A stretch of DNA of 62,948 nt, counting the filler. It is 16 parts of 16 records of this genome, joined end to end, with 100 filler letters (N's around TTAATTAATTAA, not from the genome) between each part and the next. Parts side by side here need not be neighbours in the genome. Positions count along the whole stretch, not along the records: positions 40,648 to 45,880 come from SRR11831586_475; positions 45,981 to 49,709 come from SRR11831586_484; positions 49,810 to 56,669 come from SRR11831586_492; positions 56,770 to 58,933 come from SRR11831586_496; 12 more parts are not named here. One strand, written 5' to 3'. Of this stretch, positions 44,785 to 56,852 are shown one piece after another. The stretch's first letter is position 1; each line of letters begins with the position of its first letter. Below the pieces are notes generated by a model. The model was not told the origin of the DNA, made no database searches, and worked only from the letters and a program-made list of their open reading frames with translations. Position numbers and translations under genes: made by a program.

Positions 44785-45879
44785 TTACATTGTGGTTTTC
44801 AATGCGTTATCCGCAGCGTGACGCTCCAGCGCCAGTTCAATCAAACGTGTGATCAGATCGGTGTAACCCAGACCGCTGGCTTGCCACAGCTTCGGATACA
44901 TACTGATATTAGTGAAGCCAGGCAGGGTGTTGATCTCGTTGATCACCACTTCGTTCTCTGGGGTTAAAAACACGTCTACACGCGCCATGCCTGCGCATCC
45001 CAACGTTTGATAAGCCTGAACGGCAATCGCCCGGATCTTATCGTTGATTTCTGGCGCAATGGCTGCCGGAACTACCACTTTCGCGCCATCTTCGTCAATG
45101 TACTTGGTGTCGTAGGCATAGAAATCGCTGGTGAGTACGATCTCTCCACAGGTGCTGGCTTGCGGATTGTCGTTGCCCAGAACTGCGCATTCGATCTCAC
45201 GACCTTTGATCCCTTGCTCAACGATCACTTTATGATCGAACTCGAACGCCAGATCGACGGCAATTGCGTACTGTTCTTCACTGGTTACTTTGCTGACACC
45301 AACAGAAGAGCCCTGATTAGCCGGTTTTACAAACAGTGGTAACCCCAGTTTAGACTCCACTTCGGCAAAACTAATGTTGTGACGATTGGCGCGCGTCAGG
45401 GTAATAAATGGCGCAATGTTCAGCCCGGCATCGCGTAGCAGACGTTTGGTGACATCTTTGTCCATACAGGCTGCTGAAGCCAGAACATCAGAACCTACAA
45501 ACGGTAAATTGGCGACCCGCAGCATTCCCTGCAAGGAACCATCTTCGCCCAGCGTACCGTGGACAATCGGGAAAATGACATCCACCGTCGGCAACGGCTG
45601 ACCGTTTTGCGCGTCGATAAGCTGATGCTCATGTTTACCTGGCACCTGCGCAAGGCTGGTCGCCGAAGGGCGCAACGCAATATGGGCAGGATCGTCTGCA
45701 TTTAGCAGATAATTGCTGGCATCGCTGACGTGCCATTGCCCTTGTTTATCAATGCCCAGCAGCACAACGTCGAAGCGACTTTTATCAATGGCATCGACAA
45801 TGTTTTTTGCCGATTGCAGAGACACTTCATGTTCCGCTGATTTACCACCAAAAACGATTCCTACCCGCAGTTTTTCCAT
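44785..45879 (-). CDS. ddlA: D-alanine-D-alanine ligase A
   Basis: [18 protein letters not shown] and [10 protein letters not shown] motifs. Confidence 0.98.
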   Translation of the reverse strand: MEKLRVGIVFGGKSAEHEVSLQSAKNIVDAIDKSRFDVVLLGIDKQGQWHVSDASNYLLNADDPAHIALRPSATSLAQVPGKHEHQLIDAQNGQPLPTVDVIFPIVHGTLGEDGSLQGMLRVANLPFVGSDVLASAACMDKDVTKRLLRDAGLNIAPFITLTRANRHNISFAEVESKLGLPLFVKPANQGSSVGVSKVTSEEQYAIAVDLAFEFDHKVIVEQGIKGREIECAVLGNDNPQASTCGEIVLTSDFYAYDTKYIDEDGAKVVVPAAIAPEINDKIRAIAVQAYQTLGCAGMARVDVFLTPENEVVINEINTLPGFTNISMYPKLWQASGLGYTDLITRLIELALERHAADNALKTTM

Positions 45880-46108
45880 CNNNNNNNNNNNNNNNNNNNN
45901 NNNNNNNNNNNNNNNNNNNNNNNNTTAATTAATTAANNNNNNNNNNNNNNNNNNNNNNNNNNNNNNNNNNNNNNNNNNNNGGTGGGTATGATTTGCGTGA
46001 CGGTGGGCGGAGCTATGGGAGCAAATTAGCATGAGCAATGGATAGGGTAATAAACAACACGGTGAAGATGGAAAGCAGATATACCGTACAGCGAGGACGC
46101 AGACGTAC

Positions 46109-49100
46109 CGTAAAATGTGAACGGAACCAGGTCGGTGGTGTAGTCCTGTCCGTTCTGTGTGACTTCCAAAGCCACGGTTGCGGCCGCGTGTACGGGCGAT
46201 GCACAGATTATACGTGTAGAGGACACCACGGTCGTGTTGGTGCCTAACTTTGTACCGAATTTGCATGTGGCGGTGGGCCAATACGCAACACCCGCCACTG
46301 TGACAGTGGTCGCGCCGTTAGTCGGGCCGCTATTGGGCACAAGGGACGTCACGAAGGCCATATCTACACAGCGCACATTGTGTTAAGCAAAACACGAAAA
46401 CGAGACGGTATAAATGGCACGTACGCTGGTAGGTGTATTTGACTGCGTTGGTGGTAAAGTCCTGATTATTCGTGGAAATTTCCACACCGATGACCGCCAG
46501 TACGTGCGGCGGTGTGACACAATACATAGCCGTAGCCGCGATATACGACCCCCGAACCTCCTCCTGTCCGAACCGACAGCGCAGGTTGGGTGTGGCAACA
46601 TAATTGGTGCCCGTGATAGTAACCACGGAGCCACCAGCTGCAAGGAAGGAGGAGGAGTAGCCAGAGCATGAGAGCTTATACAGAGACAGTAGAAAGAGAC
46701 GCACAGATAGAGATCACAAACACTAACTGTACACATACACCTAAGAGGGAACGAGTACATACCGATCGGGCCTCGAGTGTTGCTGAGCGACGCCACGGTC
46801 GGCGTGGGCAGGTACAAATACGGCACAGTGTTGCCAGTAAAGTCCTGATTGTTGTTGCTGATCTCCAGCGAAACGGTGCCTGTTGCTGCGACCGTATTCG
46901 AACGGCACTCGATTAGTGTTGATGAAACCCAGCTGGCCCACACGACAGAGGCTGTGCCGAAGCGACACGCGAGCAACTGCGTGTCCACGAACCCAGTGCC
47001 TGTGACCGTGACCAGCGTGGAACCGGCCACGGGGCCCGAGGTGGGAAGGATGGCCGTCACAGTAGGGGGAACTGTAAAGCAAGTATGAGCATAGCCCAGT
47101 ATCGCTCATCACACCAATGACACGGGAGGAATATTTCACACTAACAGCGCGTTCCGTACCGTAGAACACGTAATCCTGCAGGCTGACAGTGAAGTCCTGG
47201 TTGTTGAACGACACCTCCAGAGCCACAGTGCCTGCACCCTGGGCCGGTGCCAGACACGTTAAGCGAGTTGCAGTCACATAAGTGGTTTGCATGGAGACGG
47301 ATGCGCCAAACTTGCACCAGCCCAACAGCAGGAACCGTGATCCATAGACGTTGATGGTGGTGGTGCCGGTGGTGGGTCCGAGAGGCGGGAACACAGAAGT
47401 CACAGTAACCGATCCTGACAAACCATTGTCAGTGTATGAGCGAAACGAAGTCGAGGTACGTGTTTCAGGCAGATACGTACGGTGGTAGGTGTAGAACAGG
47501 GCATTGAGAGGTGTGTAGTCCTGGTCGTTGTTGCTGATCTCCACGGAGACAGCTCGCGGCGGGAACGCGGGCGTAACGCACCGCACCTGCGAAGTTGACA
47601 CAAATGTGCCAACCACGACGTCCAGAGAAAACCGGCACCGCAGTTTGTCCGATGCAACGAACTCCGCTCCCGTGACTGTCACAAGAGTGCCGCCAGACTG
47701 TGGGCCCAGCGTCACACTCAGCGATGTCACAGACGCGTCCGCTACAAAGATCCCCCATCAGATCTCGATTCACGAAAAACGTACATATAACCACACACAC
47801 AAACAACTTCCGTTCAGAGCACCACGTACGCTGATAGATATACTGCACGGCACTGGACGAGTAATCCTGGTTGTTGTTGGTCACCTCCACCGCCACGGTA
47901 GCGGCCGCAGCTTCGCCCGGAGACAGACACCGAATCTCCGTAGAGGACTGCCATGTAGCAAGTACACGGGACTTGGTGCCAAACTTGCACAGAAGCTGCG
48001 TGCTGCTGATGAAACCAGACCCACGCACCACCACCAGCCAGTTGCCCGAGAGAGGGCCCGTGGTAGGAACAAGACTGGTGACCACGATGGGGACTATGAA
48101 ACGTATAGGATGTGTAAGCAATAGAGGGCCAGTAAGAACCCTATCATCACAAGCAATACGAAAGAGGCAGGTAATGAACCGCAACGCTGCATACCGTAGT
48201 AGCGGTATTGCACGCGATAATCGCTGTACTGCTGCACGTTATTGCTCACTTCGATTACCACCGTGCCCGCCGCGTGGGGAGGGGACTCACATGTCATCAA
48301 TGAGCTGCTCGTAACAGTGGTGCTCAGCCCAAGCACCGTGCCAAACTTGCAGTTCGCCTGCGCAGTGAACGAGGTACCGGTCACGGTGACAGTGGTTGAC
48401 CCGACCGTGCCACCAAGCGCCGGCCATACATGCACCACCGACACATCGTCCTGGTACTCGAAGCTGACAGCGTTAGAGGTGAAGTTCTGGTTGTTGTTGG
48501 TCACCTCCACGGGGTACGAGCCAGAGATATGCCACGGACTGACGCAGACGAGGGTGGATGTAGATGCGTAGGTGGCCCCCACAATGGACACATCGAAGCG
48601 GCATTTGAGGTTATCCGAAGCCACAAACCCAGAGCCCGTCACAGTGACAATGGTTGCGCCAGCTACACACCCACATTAGCACGAAATAGTACATGATTTT
48701 TACCAGGCATACCTCGAGGTCCCTTGACGATGCTCAAACTACTCACCGCCGCATTCGTCAGATAGAGCCACGGCACCACGTTGGTAGTGTAGTCCTGGTT
48801 GTTGTTGCTCACGCTCACAGTCACAGTGCCCGTAGATGCCACTGCGGTCGCGTTGCACAGCAATTGCGATGTGGTGATATACTGAGCCGCAGAGACCGAG
48901 GTCCCGAACGCACACACAAGCTGATTCGTATCGATAAACCCGGTGCCTGTGACCGTAACCACGGTGGCACCAGCCAGGCCGCCGCTGGTGGGGAAGATCG
49001 CGCCGACCGTGGGAGGGACTACAGATACATAGTGAGCAGACGACAACATCTACATGTACATGTACCCAGACGAGTGGGGTTCAGTTCAAGGACAAAGCTG

Positions 49101-49676
49101 TACGCATTATGCACACACATACCGAAAACCACTACGACAAGGGAGTCACACATACCGTAATACACGTATTCAATGCGACTGTTGCTGTAGTCCTGCAAGT
49201 TGTTGCTGATCTCCACGAAAAGCATGCCCGCTGCTTGAGCGGGACTTTCACAAAGCACCTGCGTAGACGACGTGTATGTGACGGTGGATGCCAACAACGT
49301 GCCGAACTTACACATGACGGTAGACAGCACGTTCAGACCCTGAACCGTCACAATCGATGCACCGGTGACGGGCCAGTTTCCGGATAAACCGATACAACCG
49401 ATTCCGCAGCTACGATACCGTCAGCACACTATTCCCCAAACAAGCACACAACACACACACACACACCGTTGAACAAGTACGCCGGCCCTGTGATGAAGTT
49501 CTGTGCGTTGATACTCAGCATAATGGGGAAGGAGCCCGGGACATGCAGCGGCGTCACACATCGCAGAGTGCTGCTTGTCAGAACTGTGGCAGTGACTACC
49601 GCGGTATCAAACCGACAGCGCGAGTGTGGTGTAACAACAAAGTTGGTCCCTGTTACGGTAACAGTGGTTCCGCCCA
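46109..49676 (-). CDS. eukaryotic IPT/TIG-repeat cell-surface protein, internal fragment with 11 repeats (spliced)
   Basis: Recurrent P..GP..G.T.VTVTG..F...C.FG...C..P...VEVSNNNQD(F/Y)T...Y.Y units separated by GT-AG introns. Confidence 0.9.
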
Positions 49677-49809
49677 CTATGTAAACAGCACCATATTAGA
49701 ATGTGCAACNNNNNNNNNNNNNNNNNNNNNNNNNNNNNNNNNNNNNNNNNNNNTTAATTAATTAANNNNNNNNNNNNNNNNNNNNNNNNNNNNNNNNNNN
49801 NNNNNNNNN

Positions 49810-50479
49810 GCGCGTTATTCAGTTTTTCCAGCAGGGCTTTGTTATCCGGACGTACAGCGATGCCCAGGCCGGTGCCAAAATATTGCGGATCGGTCACTTT
49901 CTCAGTAGCAACACCAAGTTGTGGATTGGTTTTCAGCCATTCGTTTACCACCGCTGTGTCACCAAATACCCCATCAATACGACCATTTTTCAGATCGATA
50001 AAGGCATTCTGATAACTGTCATAAGAGACAGTTTTCACTTCCGGGTGCTGATCCTGAATATATTTCTGGTGCGTAGTACCGTTTTCCATCCCAATACGTT
50101 TGCCTTTCAGATCGGCAAACGTTTTGTAGGTATCTTTTTTGGCAATCACGACGGCTGAGTTTTCATAGTAGGGCGTGGTAAACGATACCTGTTTGCTACG
50201 CTCCGGGGTGATATCCATACCGGAGATTACGGCGTCATATTTTCTGAATTTCAGGGACGGGATCAGGCTGTCGAACGCGTGATTAGTAAAAGTACATTCT
50301 GCCTGCATTTGTTTGCACAAGGCTTTTGCCAGATCGATATCAAAGCCGACAATCTCATTATTAGCACCTATAGATTCAAAGGGTGGATAGGTGGCTGAAA
50401 CGCCAAAATTGATTTTCTCTGCGGCAGAAGCACCGAAAGTAAAGGAAGCAAGTAAAGCGGCAAGAACTAACTTTTTCAT
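49810..50479 (-). CDS. artJ: arginine ABC transporter binding protein ArtJ (3' truncated)
   Basis: MKKLVLAALL signal peptide; YPPFE; paralogous to artI. Confidence 0.96.
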
Positions 50480-50547
50480 GATGGAACTCCCGTCTGTCAA
50501 TCTTATGATTTTTGGCCGTGTCTGCGGCATGGGATAACAATGCCATC

Positions 50548-50590
50548 AAGTGAATTTATATGCAATAAACATGATTAAATAATTTAAATG
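50548..50590. promoter_or_regulatory. ARG boxes (ArgR) upstream of artJ
   Basis: aagTGAATttatATGCAat followed by a second degenerate box. Confidence 0.65.
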
Positions 50591-50650
50591 AAATAAAAAG
50601 ACGGACAACTTAGTGGGTTGTCCGTCTTCATTATAAGAATTTATGCACTA

Positions 50651-50739
50651 TGTAGGCCGGATAAGGCGTCCCCGCCGCATCCGGCACAGGCACCGTGCTG
50701 ATGTCTGATGCGACGCTGGCGCGTCTTATCAGACCTACA
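50651..50739. repeat. inverted REP pair (BIME) between artM and artJ
   Basis: gtaggccggataaggcg...gccgcatccggca and tctgatgcgacgctggcgcgtcttatcagacctac. Confidence 0.9.
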
Positions 50740-50768
50740 AAACCCCCCGGCGAATGTACGCAGCCACA

Positions 50769-51437
50769 TTAATTTCGCCGTTCGAATGCCAGCGCTTTGC
50801 GCTCGATCAGACGCATCATCAGCGTCAGCAGGCCGTTAACGACCAGGTAAATAATCCCTGCCGCACCGAACACCATTACATCGTAGGTGCGTCCGTACAA
50901 CAACTGGCTGTATCCCATCACTTCCATCAGCGTAATGGTGTATGCCAGAGAGGTACTTTTGAATACCAGCACCACTTCGTTGGAATAAGAAGAGAGCGAG
51001 CGTTTAAAGGCATACGGCAGCAGGATCGCCAGCGTATCTTTTTTGCTCATTCCCAGGGCGCTACAGGACTGCCACTGACCTTCCGGGATCGCACGAATTG
51101 CACCGTAAAACAGCTGCGTGGTATACGCCGCACTATTCAGCGACAACGCAATCAGCGCACATAACCACGGTTCTGACAACAAATGCCACAGTGCCGGATA
51201 CTCCTGCAAAGTCGGAAACTGGCCCGGCCCGTAATAAATCAGGAAGATCTGCACCAGCAGCGGCGTACCGGTAAACAGCGTGATATAACCCCGCACCAGC
51301 CACACCAGCACCGGCGTTTTCAGCGTCAGGATGATGGTAAAAATCAATGCCAGAATCAGTGCCACAATCAGCGAGGCAACGGTTAGCGTCAGGCTGGTGT
51401 GTAGCCCTTTCATCAGTTCGGGTAAATACTCAAACAT
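50769..51437 (-). CDS. artM: arginine ABC permease ArtM
   Basis: GTPLLVQ motif and EAA-like loop; 222 aa. Confidence 0.96.
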   Translation of the reverse strand: MFEYLPELMKGLHTSLTLTVASLIVALILALIFTIILTLKTPVLVWLVRGYITLFTGTPLLVQIFLIYYGPGQFPTLQEYPALWHLLSEPWLCALIALSLNSAAYTTQLFYGAIRAIPEGQWQSCSALGMSKKDTLAILLPYAFKRSLSSYSNEVVLVFKSTSLAYTITLMEVMGYSQLLYGRTYDVMVFGAAGIIYLVVNGLLTLMMRLIERKALAFERRN

Positions 51438-52153
51438 TAGCTGGGCCTCCGCTCAAAACGTGTCGCGCGCAGGTCAATGCGTTTGAGAATGTACTGACTG
51501 AGCAGGGTGATCACCAGGTAAATCGCCGCCGCCACAATGTACCAGGTAAATGGTTCCTGGGTACGAGTAGCGATGCTTTTTGTTTGCAGCATTAAATCAT
51601 TCACACTAATCAAACTGACCAGCGCGGTATCTTTCAGCAGCACCAGCCACTGGTTACCGAGGCCAGGCAGCGCATGACGCCACATCTGCGGCATCACCAG
51701 ACGGAAAAAGATAGCCGATTTCGACAGCCCCAGCGCCTGACCAGACTCCCACTGACCCACCGGCACCGCTTTCAACGCGCCCCGAAGCGTTTGCGAGGCA
51801 TAGGCGGCATACAGCAGTGACAGAGCGATGACACCACAAAGGAACGGGCTAACGTCGAAGTTCTCAATGTCCATCTGCACTGGGATCTGCACGAACCCAA
51901 GATTGATAGTGAAGCCATCCGAAAGCGTCAGCAGCAGCTGCGAGGAGCCAAAATAGATAAACAGCACCACCAGAATTTCTGGCAGGCCACGCAGAATGGT
52001 TACCAGCGCTGAACCTGCCCACGCGACAGGACGCCATTTTGCCGACTCCCATACCGCAAAGAACATCGCCAGCGCCAGCCCGACAATCAATGCACAAACG
52101 GCAAGGCCGACGGTCATCCCGGCGGCGCTTGCTAAAGGAAAAAATTCATTCAT
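51437..52153 (-). CDS. artQ: arginine ABC permease ArtQ
   Basis: RGLPE and [10 protein letters not shown] motifs; 238 aa. Confidence 0.96.
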
Positions 52154-52159
52154 CAGGAA

Positions 52160-52891
52160 TTACTTCTGGAACCATTTGTTGTAGATGGTTTCGTAAGTGC
52201 CATCTTTCTTCACTTTTTCCAGCGCAGTGTTGAGTTTCTGCTGCAGCTCAGTGTTGCCCTGACGTACCGCGATGCCGAGGCCAGTGCCGAAGTAATCTTT
52301 ATCGGTCACTTTGTCGCCCACCGCCGCCAGTTTCGGGTTATCTTTCAGCCACTCAGTGACCACTGCGGTGTCACCGAAGACGCCGTCGATACGCCCGTTT
52401 TGCAGATCCAGTTTTGCGTTCTGGTAGCTGTCATACGGAACGGTAGTGATTTCCGGGTGCTTATCCATAATGAATTTCTGGTGTGTCGTCCCGTTCTGTA
52501 CGCCGACTTTTTTGCCTTTCAGCTGATCAACACTGGTGTATTTGCCTTGCTGACCCACAAACAGGGCAGAGTTGTCATAGTACGGGGTGGTAAACAGCAC
52601 CTGCTTTTCACGCTCCGGAGTGATATCCATGCCCGCCATCACGGCTTCTACGCGACGGAATTTCAGGCTTGGGATCAGGCTGTCAAACGCCTGGTTAGAG
52701 AAAGTGCAGGTTGCATCAATCTCTTTACACAGCGCTTGTGCCAGGTCGACGTCAAAACCAACGATCTGGTTGTTTGCATCAATCGATTCAAACGGAGGAT
52801 AGGAGGCTTCGGTAGCAAAACGAATGGTTTCGGCAGCTGTGGCGGAAAGACTAAAACCTGCAATTAACGCGGCAATCAGAACTTTTTTCAT
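52160..52891 (-). CDS. artI: ABC binding protein ArtI
   Basis: 243 aa; signal peptide; YPPFE. Confidence 0.96.
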   Translation of the reverse strand: MKKVLIAALIAGFSLSATAAETIRFATEASYPPFESIDANNQIVGFDVDLAQALCKEIDATCTFSNQAFDSLIPSLKFRRVEAVMAGMDITPEREKQVLFTTPYYDNSALFVGQQGKYTSVDQLKGKKVGVQNGTTHQKFIMDKHPEITTVPYDSYQNAKLDLQNGRIDGVFGDTAVVTEWLKDNPKLAAVGDKVTDKDYFGTGLGIAVRQGNTELQQKLNTALEKVKKDGTYETIYNKWFQK

Positions 52892-52908
52892 TGTTGTTAT
52901 CCCGAATC

Positions 52909-53637
52909 TTAGTGAGAGAGATAGTTTTTAAATGCTTCGGTTTGCGGCTCGGTAAAGCAGCTCGCGTCGCCTTGTTCTACGATATGACCATTTTCCATAT
53001 ACACCACTCGGCTGGCGGTTTTACGCGCCACTTCAACTTCGTGGGTGACGATCACCTGGGTAATATTCGTTTCTGCCAGCTCACGAATGATGCTGACGAT
53101 TTGTGCCGTAATTTCCGGGTCCAGTGCGGCGGTCGGTTCATCGAACAGCAGTACCTGCGGTTCCATCATCAACGCACGGGCAATAGCAACACGCTGCTGC
53201 TGACCACCAGAAAGATGCAGCGGGTAACGATCGCTATAAGGTTTGAGACGCAGACGTTCCAGCAGTTTTTCTGCACGGGCCAGCGCCTGATCTTTACTCA
53301 ACCCCAGTACACGGCAGGGCGCTTCAATCAGGTTTTGCTGCACGGTCAGATGCGGCCACAGGTTGTATTGCTGAAACACCATGCCAACGTTACGACGCAA
53401 ATCGCGAATCGCTTTGTCAGAGGGTGTTTTGGTGAAATCGAAATGGTTGCCTGCAATGTTGAGCGTACCGGAGCGCGGCATCTCAAGCAGATTGAGTACA
53501 CGCAGCAGCGAGCTTTTACCCGCGCCGCTGGGGCCAAGTAACACCAGCGTTTCGCCCTGTGGGCAATCCAGCGTGATATCGAACAGCGCCTGATGCGCGC
53601 CGTAGAAGCAATTAATGCCGTTTAATTGAATACTCAT
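52909..53637 (-). CDS. artP: arginine ABC ATPase ArtP
   Basis: [16 protein letters not shown] and FDEPT motifs; 242 aa. Confidence 0.97.
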
Positions 53638-53854
53638 TGACACTCGTATACTGGCAGTCTGATAGCTATTGAGGTCGAAGATAGTACCTTTGACAGAATA
53701 ATTATGCAATATTTCTGCTTTAAAAGTTAAAAGCAAAGCGCATTATTCAATAAACATAGCACAAAATAACGGGGGCGGTGGTCGGCGAGCATAAATGTCG
53801 GCATTCCTCACGAAATGCCGGACAATTTACGGGGTTTATTGGTTGATCAAGGCG

Positions 53855-54370
53855 TTAGCGATTCTCGATGGACTGACGGAGCGTACCCGCCGTGGCATGA
53901 ACGCTACCGCCTAAGTAACGCACATCGTCGATGACCCAACACTGGCCTTCCTGAATCATTAACACTTCATCCTGCCAACCCTGGTCACCCTGTTTGAGAT
54001 CCACGCGCAATGGAATGTTACGGGCATCACGATTAGGGATAGTCGATGCACTGGCAACGTGGGCGCTATCTGGCAAGGTGGTTCGACTGGAGAATGGATC
54101 GTTGGTCAGTAGTTCCCGATGGTTATTATCCCGGGAGGCATCGCTAAGCAGTGTCGCCAGTTTGTCGCTCAGATAAGGGCGCAAGGCGGTGATGTCGTTG
54201 CTGCGGTGCAAAATGCGGTAGTCATAAAATTGCTGGGCCACGTTATCCGGGCCTCCTTCAACGCAAGGACCACTGCGTGTGCCGTTATCTTTATAAGCTG
54301 GAGTGACTGTGGTGCAGGCACTGAGGAGCAGTGCGCAGGGGATAAGCATTGTCAATTTGCTGTAGCGCAT
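53855..54370 (-). CDS. ybjP: lipoprotein YbjP
   Basis: LSAC lipobox; synteny. Confidence 0.92.
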   Translation of the reverse strand: MRYSKLTMLIPCALLLSACTTVTPAYKDNGTRSGPCVEGGPDNVAQQFYDYRILHRSNDITALRPYLSDKLATLLSDASRDNNHRELLTNDPFSSRTTLPDSAHVASASTIPNRDARNIPLRVDLKQGDQGWQDEVLMIQEGQCWVIDDVRYLGGSVHATAGTLRQSIENR

Positions 54371-54495
54371 AATGATTTCCTTATAAGCGATCGCTCTGAA
54401 AGCGTTCTACGATAATAATGATATCCTTTCAATAATAGCGTATCAGTCTGATAATGCTTTTGAGATCGAAGGCTTAGCAAACAAGGAGATCGATC

Positions 54496-54819
54496 ATGCA
54501 ATTTTCTACAACCCCAACTCTGGAAGGCCAGACCATCGTTGAATATTGCGGTGTGGTGACCGGCGAAGCGATTTTAGGTGCCAATATTTTCCGTGATTTC
54601 TTTGCCGGTATCCGCGATATCGTTGGCGGACGTTCCGGTGCGTATGAAAAAGAACTGCGTAAAGCACGGGAGATCGCCTTTGAGGAATTAGGCTCCCAGG
54701 CGCGGGCGCTGGGGGCCGATGCCGTCGTCGGTATTGATATCGACTACGAAACGGTCGGGCAAAACGGCAGTATGCTGATGGTTAGCGTCAGCGGTACGGC
54801 GGTGAAAACGCGTCGATGA
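54496..54819 (+). CDS. ybjQ: UPF0145 protein YbjQ
   Basis: [12 protein letters not shown] and GADAVVG motifs. Confidence 0.94.
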
Positions 54820-55646
54820 GAAGATTCTTCTGGCTGGTCGCTGCCGCTCTGTTATTGGCAGGGTGTGCAGGCGAAAAAGGCATTGTCGAGAAAGAGGGAT
54901 ATCAGCTTGATACCCGACGCCAGGCGCAGGCGGCGTATCCGCGCATTAAAGTGCTGGTGATCCACTACACCGCAGATGATTTTGATAGCTCGCTGGCGAC
55001 ACTGACCGATAAGCAGGTCAGCTCGCATTATCTGGTCCCTGCGGTACCACCGCGATACAACGGTAAACCGCGCATCTGGCAACTGGTGCCGGAACAAGAA
55101 CTGGCCTGGCATGCGGGGATTAGCGCCTGGCGCGGGGCAACGCGCCTTAACGACACCTCTATTGGCATTGAGCTGGAAAACCGTGGCTGGCAAAAATCGG
55201 CCGGAGTGAAATATTTTGCCCCGTTTGAACCGGCACAGATTCAGGCGCTTATTCCACTGGCGAAAGATATTATTGCCCGTTATCACATCAAGCCGGAAAA
55301 CGTAGTGGCACATGCGGATATCGCACCGCAGCGCAAAGACGATCCGGGGCCATTATTTCCCTGGCAGCAACTGGCGCAGCAGGGGATTGGTGCCTGGCCG
55401 GATGCGCAGCGGGTTAACTTTTACCTTGCCGGGCGCGCGCCGCACACACCGGTAGATACCGCGTCATTGCTGGAGCTTTTGGCGCGCTACGGTTATGACG
55501 TTAAACCTGATATGACACCGCGCGAGCAGCGGCGCGTGATTATGGCATTCCAGATGCATTTCCGCCCGACGTTATATAACGGCGAAGCGGATGCAGAAAC
55601 TCAGGCGATTGCCGAAGCATTGCTGGAGAAATACGGGCAGGATTAG
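54816..55646 (+). CDS. amiD: N-acetylmuramoyl-L-alanine amidase AmiD
   Basis: Lipobox; IHYT, AWHAG, SIGIE and RKDDPG amidase_2 motifs. Confidence 0.96.
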
Positions 55647-56656
55647 CGCGGCAGTTTTCCGTGGTCGCGTAGCCAGGCGGCAGTTTTCTCGATACCTTCA
55701 TCCAGGGTGATGACCGGCTGATAACCTAACTCTTCCTGCGCACGCGTAATATCCAGCGTAAAGTCAAAATTCAACTTGGAGACGCCGTAGTGGGTCAGCG
55801 GCGGCTCTTTTGCTGACTTGCGGCCTAAACGCTCCATGCTGCGGGCGATCATATCCAGCATCGGGTAGGGGACGGAACGAATACGACAGTCAATATTCAA
55901 CTCGTCGATCAGCTTCTGCACGATGCTGCGCAGTGTGCGATGCTCGCCGTTGGTGATGTTGTACACACGCCCGGAAGGTAGCTTATCGCAGGCTTCCTGG
56001 CTTGCCAGCCACATTGCGTGCACGGCATTTTCATAGTAGGTCATATCGACCAGCGCACTGCCGCCATGCGGTAACAGAATACTGCCGTAGTGGTGCATCA
56101 TATGCGCCAGACGGGGAATAAAGACTTTATCGTGCGGTCCGAACAGACTTTGTGGGCGCAGAATAGTAAAGCGCGTTTGTGGATTCGCCTGCGAAAGCAT
56201 ATTGATCACTTCTTCGCTGGCTGCTTTGCTGCGGGCAAACTCGTTGGCGAAGCGGTGAGGGCGAAAATCTTCTTTAATATCGCGATGGTGGTGATAATCG
56301 AAGTACAGGGAGGGGGAAGAGATATGAATAAAGTTACGCACACCCCAGGCGACAGCCCATTCACCCAGGCGGCGAGTGGCGCGAACGTTAGCCAGATCGA
56401 AAGCCTGTTGTGTCCCCCAGGGTGAGGTAAAGCTGGAGCAGTGCCACAGCGTATCAATGCCCGCGAGCATCACTTTAGCTTGTGATGAAACCAGCTCGGT
56501 CAGATCCGCCGGAACAAACTCTGCGCCCATTTTTTCCAGCAATTTGCCCATTGCCTCGTTGCGACCGGTCGCTCGCACGCTGATGCCTTTCTGGCATAAA
56601 AACTCTACCGCGTTTCGACCTAAGCCGCTGGTGGCGCCGGTAACCAGTACCTTCAT
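55643..56656 (-). CDS. ybjS: NAD(P)-dependent epimerase/dehydratase-family YbjS
   Basis: VTGATSGLG Rossmann motif; 337 aa. Confidence 0.93.
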   Translation of the reverse strand: MKVLVTGATSGLGRNAVEFLCQKGISVRATGRNEAMGKLLEKMGAEFVPADLTELVSSQAKVMLAGIDTLWHCSSFTSPWGTQQAFDLANVRATRRLGEWAVAWGVRNFIHISSPSLYFDYHHHRDIKEDFRPHRFANEFARSKAASEEVINMLSQANPQTRFTILRPQSLFGPHDKVFIPRLAHMMHHYGSILLPHGGSALVDMTYYENAVHAMWLASQEACDKLPSGRVYNITNGEHRTLRSIVQKLIDELNIDCRIRSVPYPMLDMIARSMERLGRKSAKEPPLTHYGVSKLNFDFTLDITRAQEELGYQPVITLDEGIEKTAAWLRDHGKLPR

Positions 56657-56852
56657 ATCAATCCACTGTNNNNNNNNNNNNNNNNNNNNNNNNNNNNNNN
56701 NNNNNNNNNNNNNTTAATTAATTAANNNNNNNNNNNNNNNNNNNNNNNNNNNNNNNNNNNNNNNNNNNNTCATAGACACACACCAACAACAGACACAAAT
56801 AAACACCACATGTACTCACTCTTCTCTTCAAAATAACAGCACACGAACGTAC

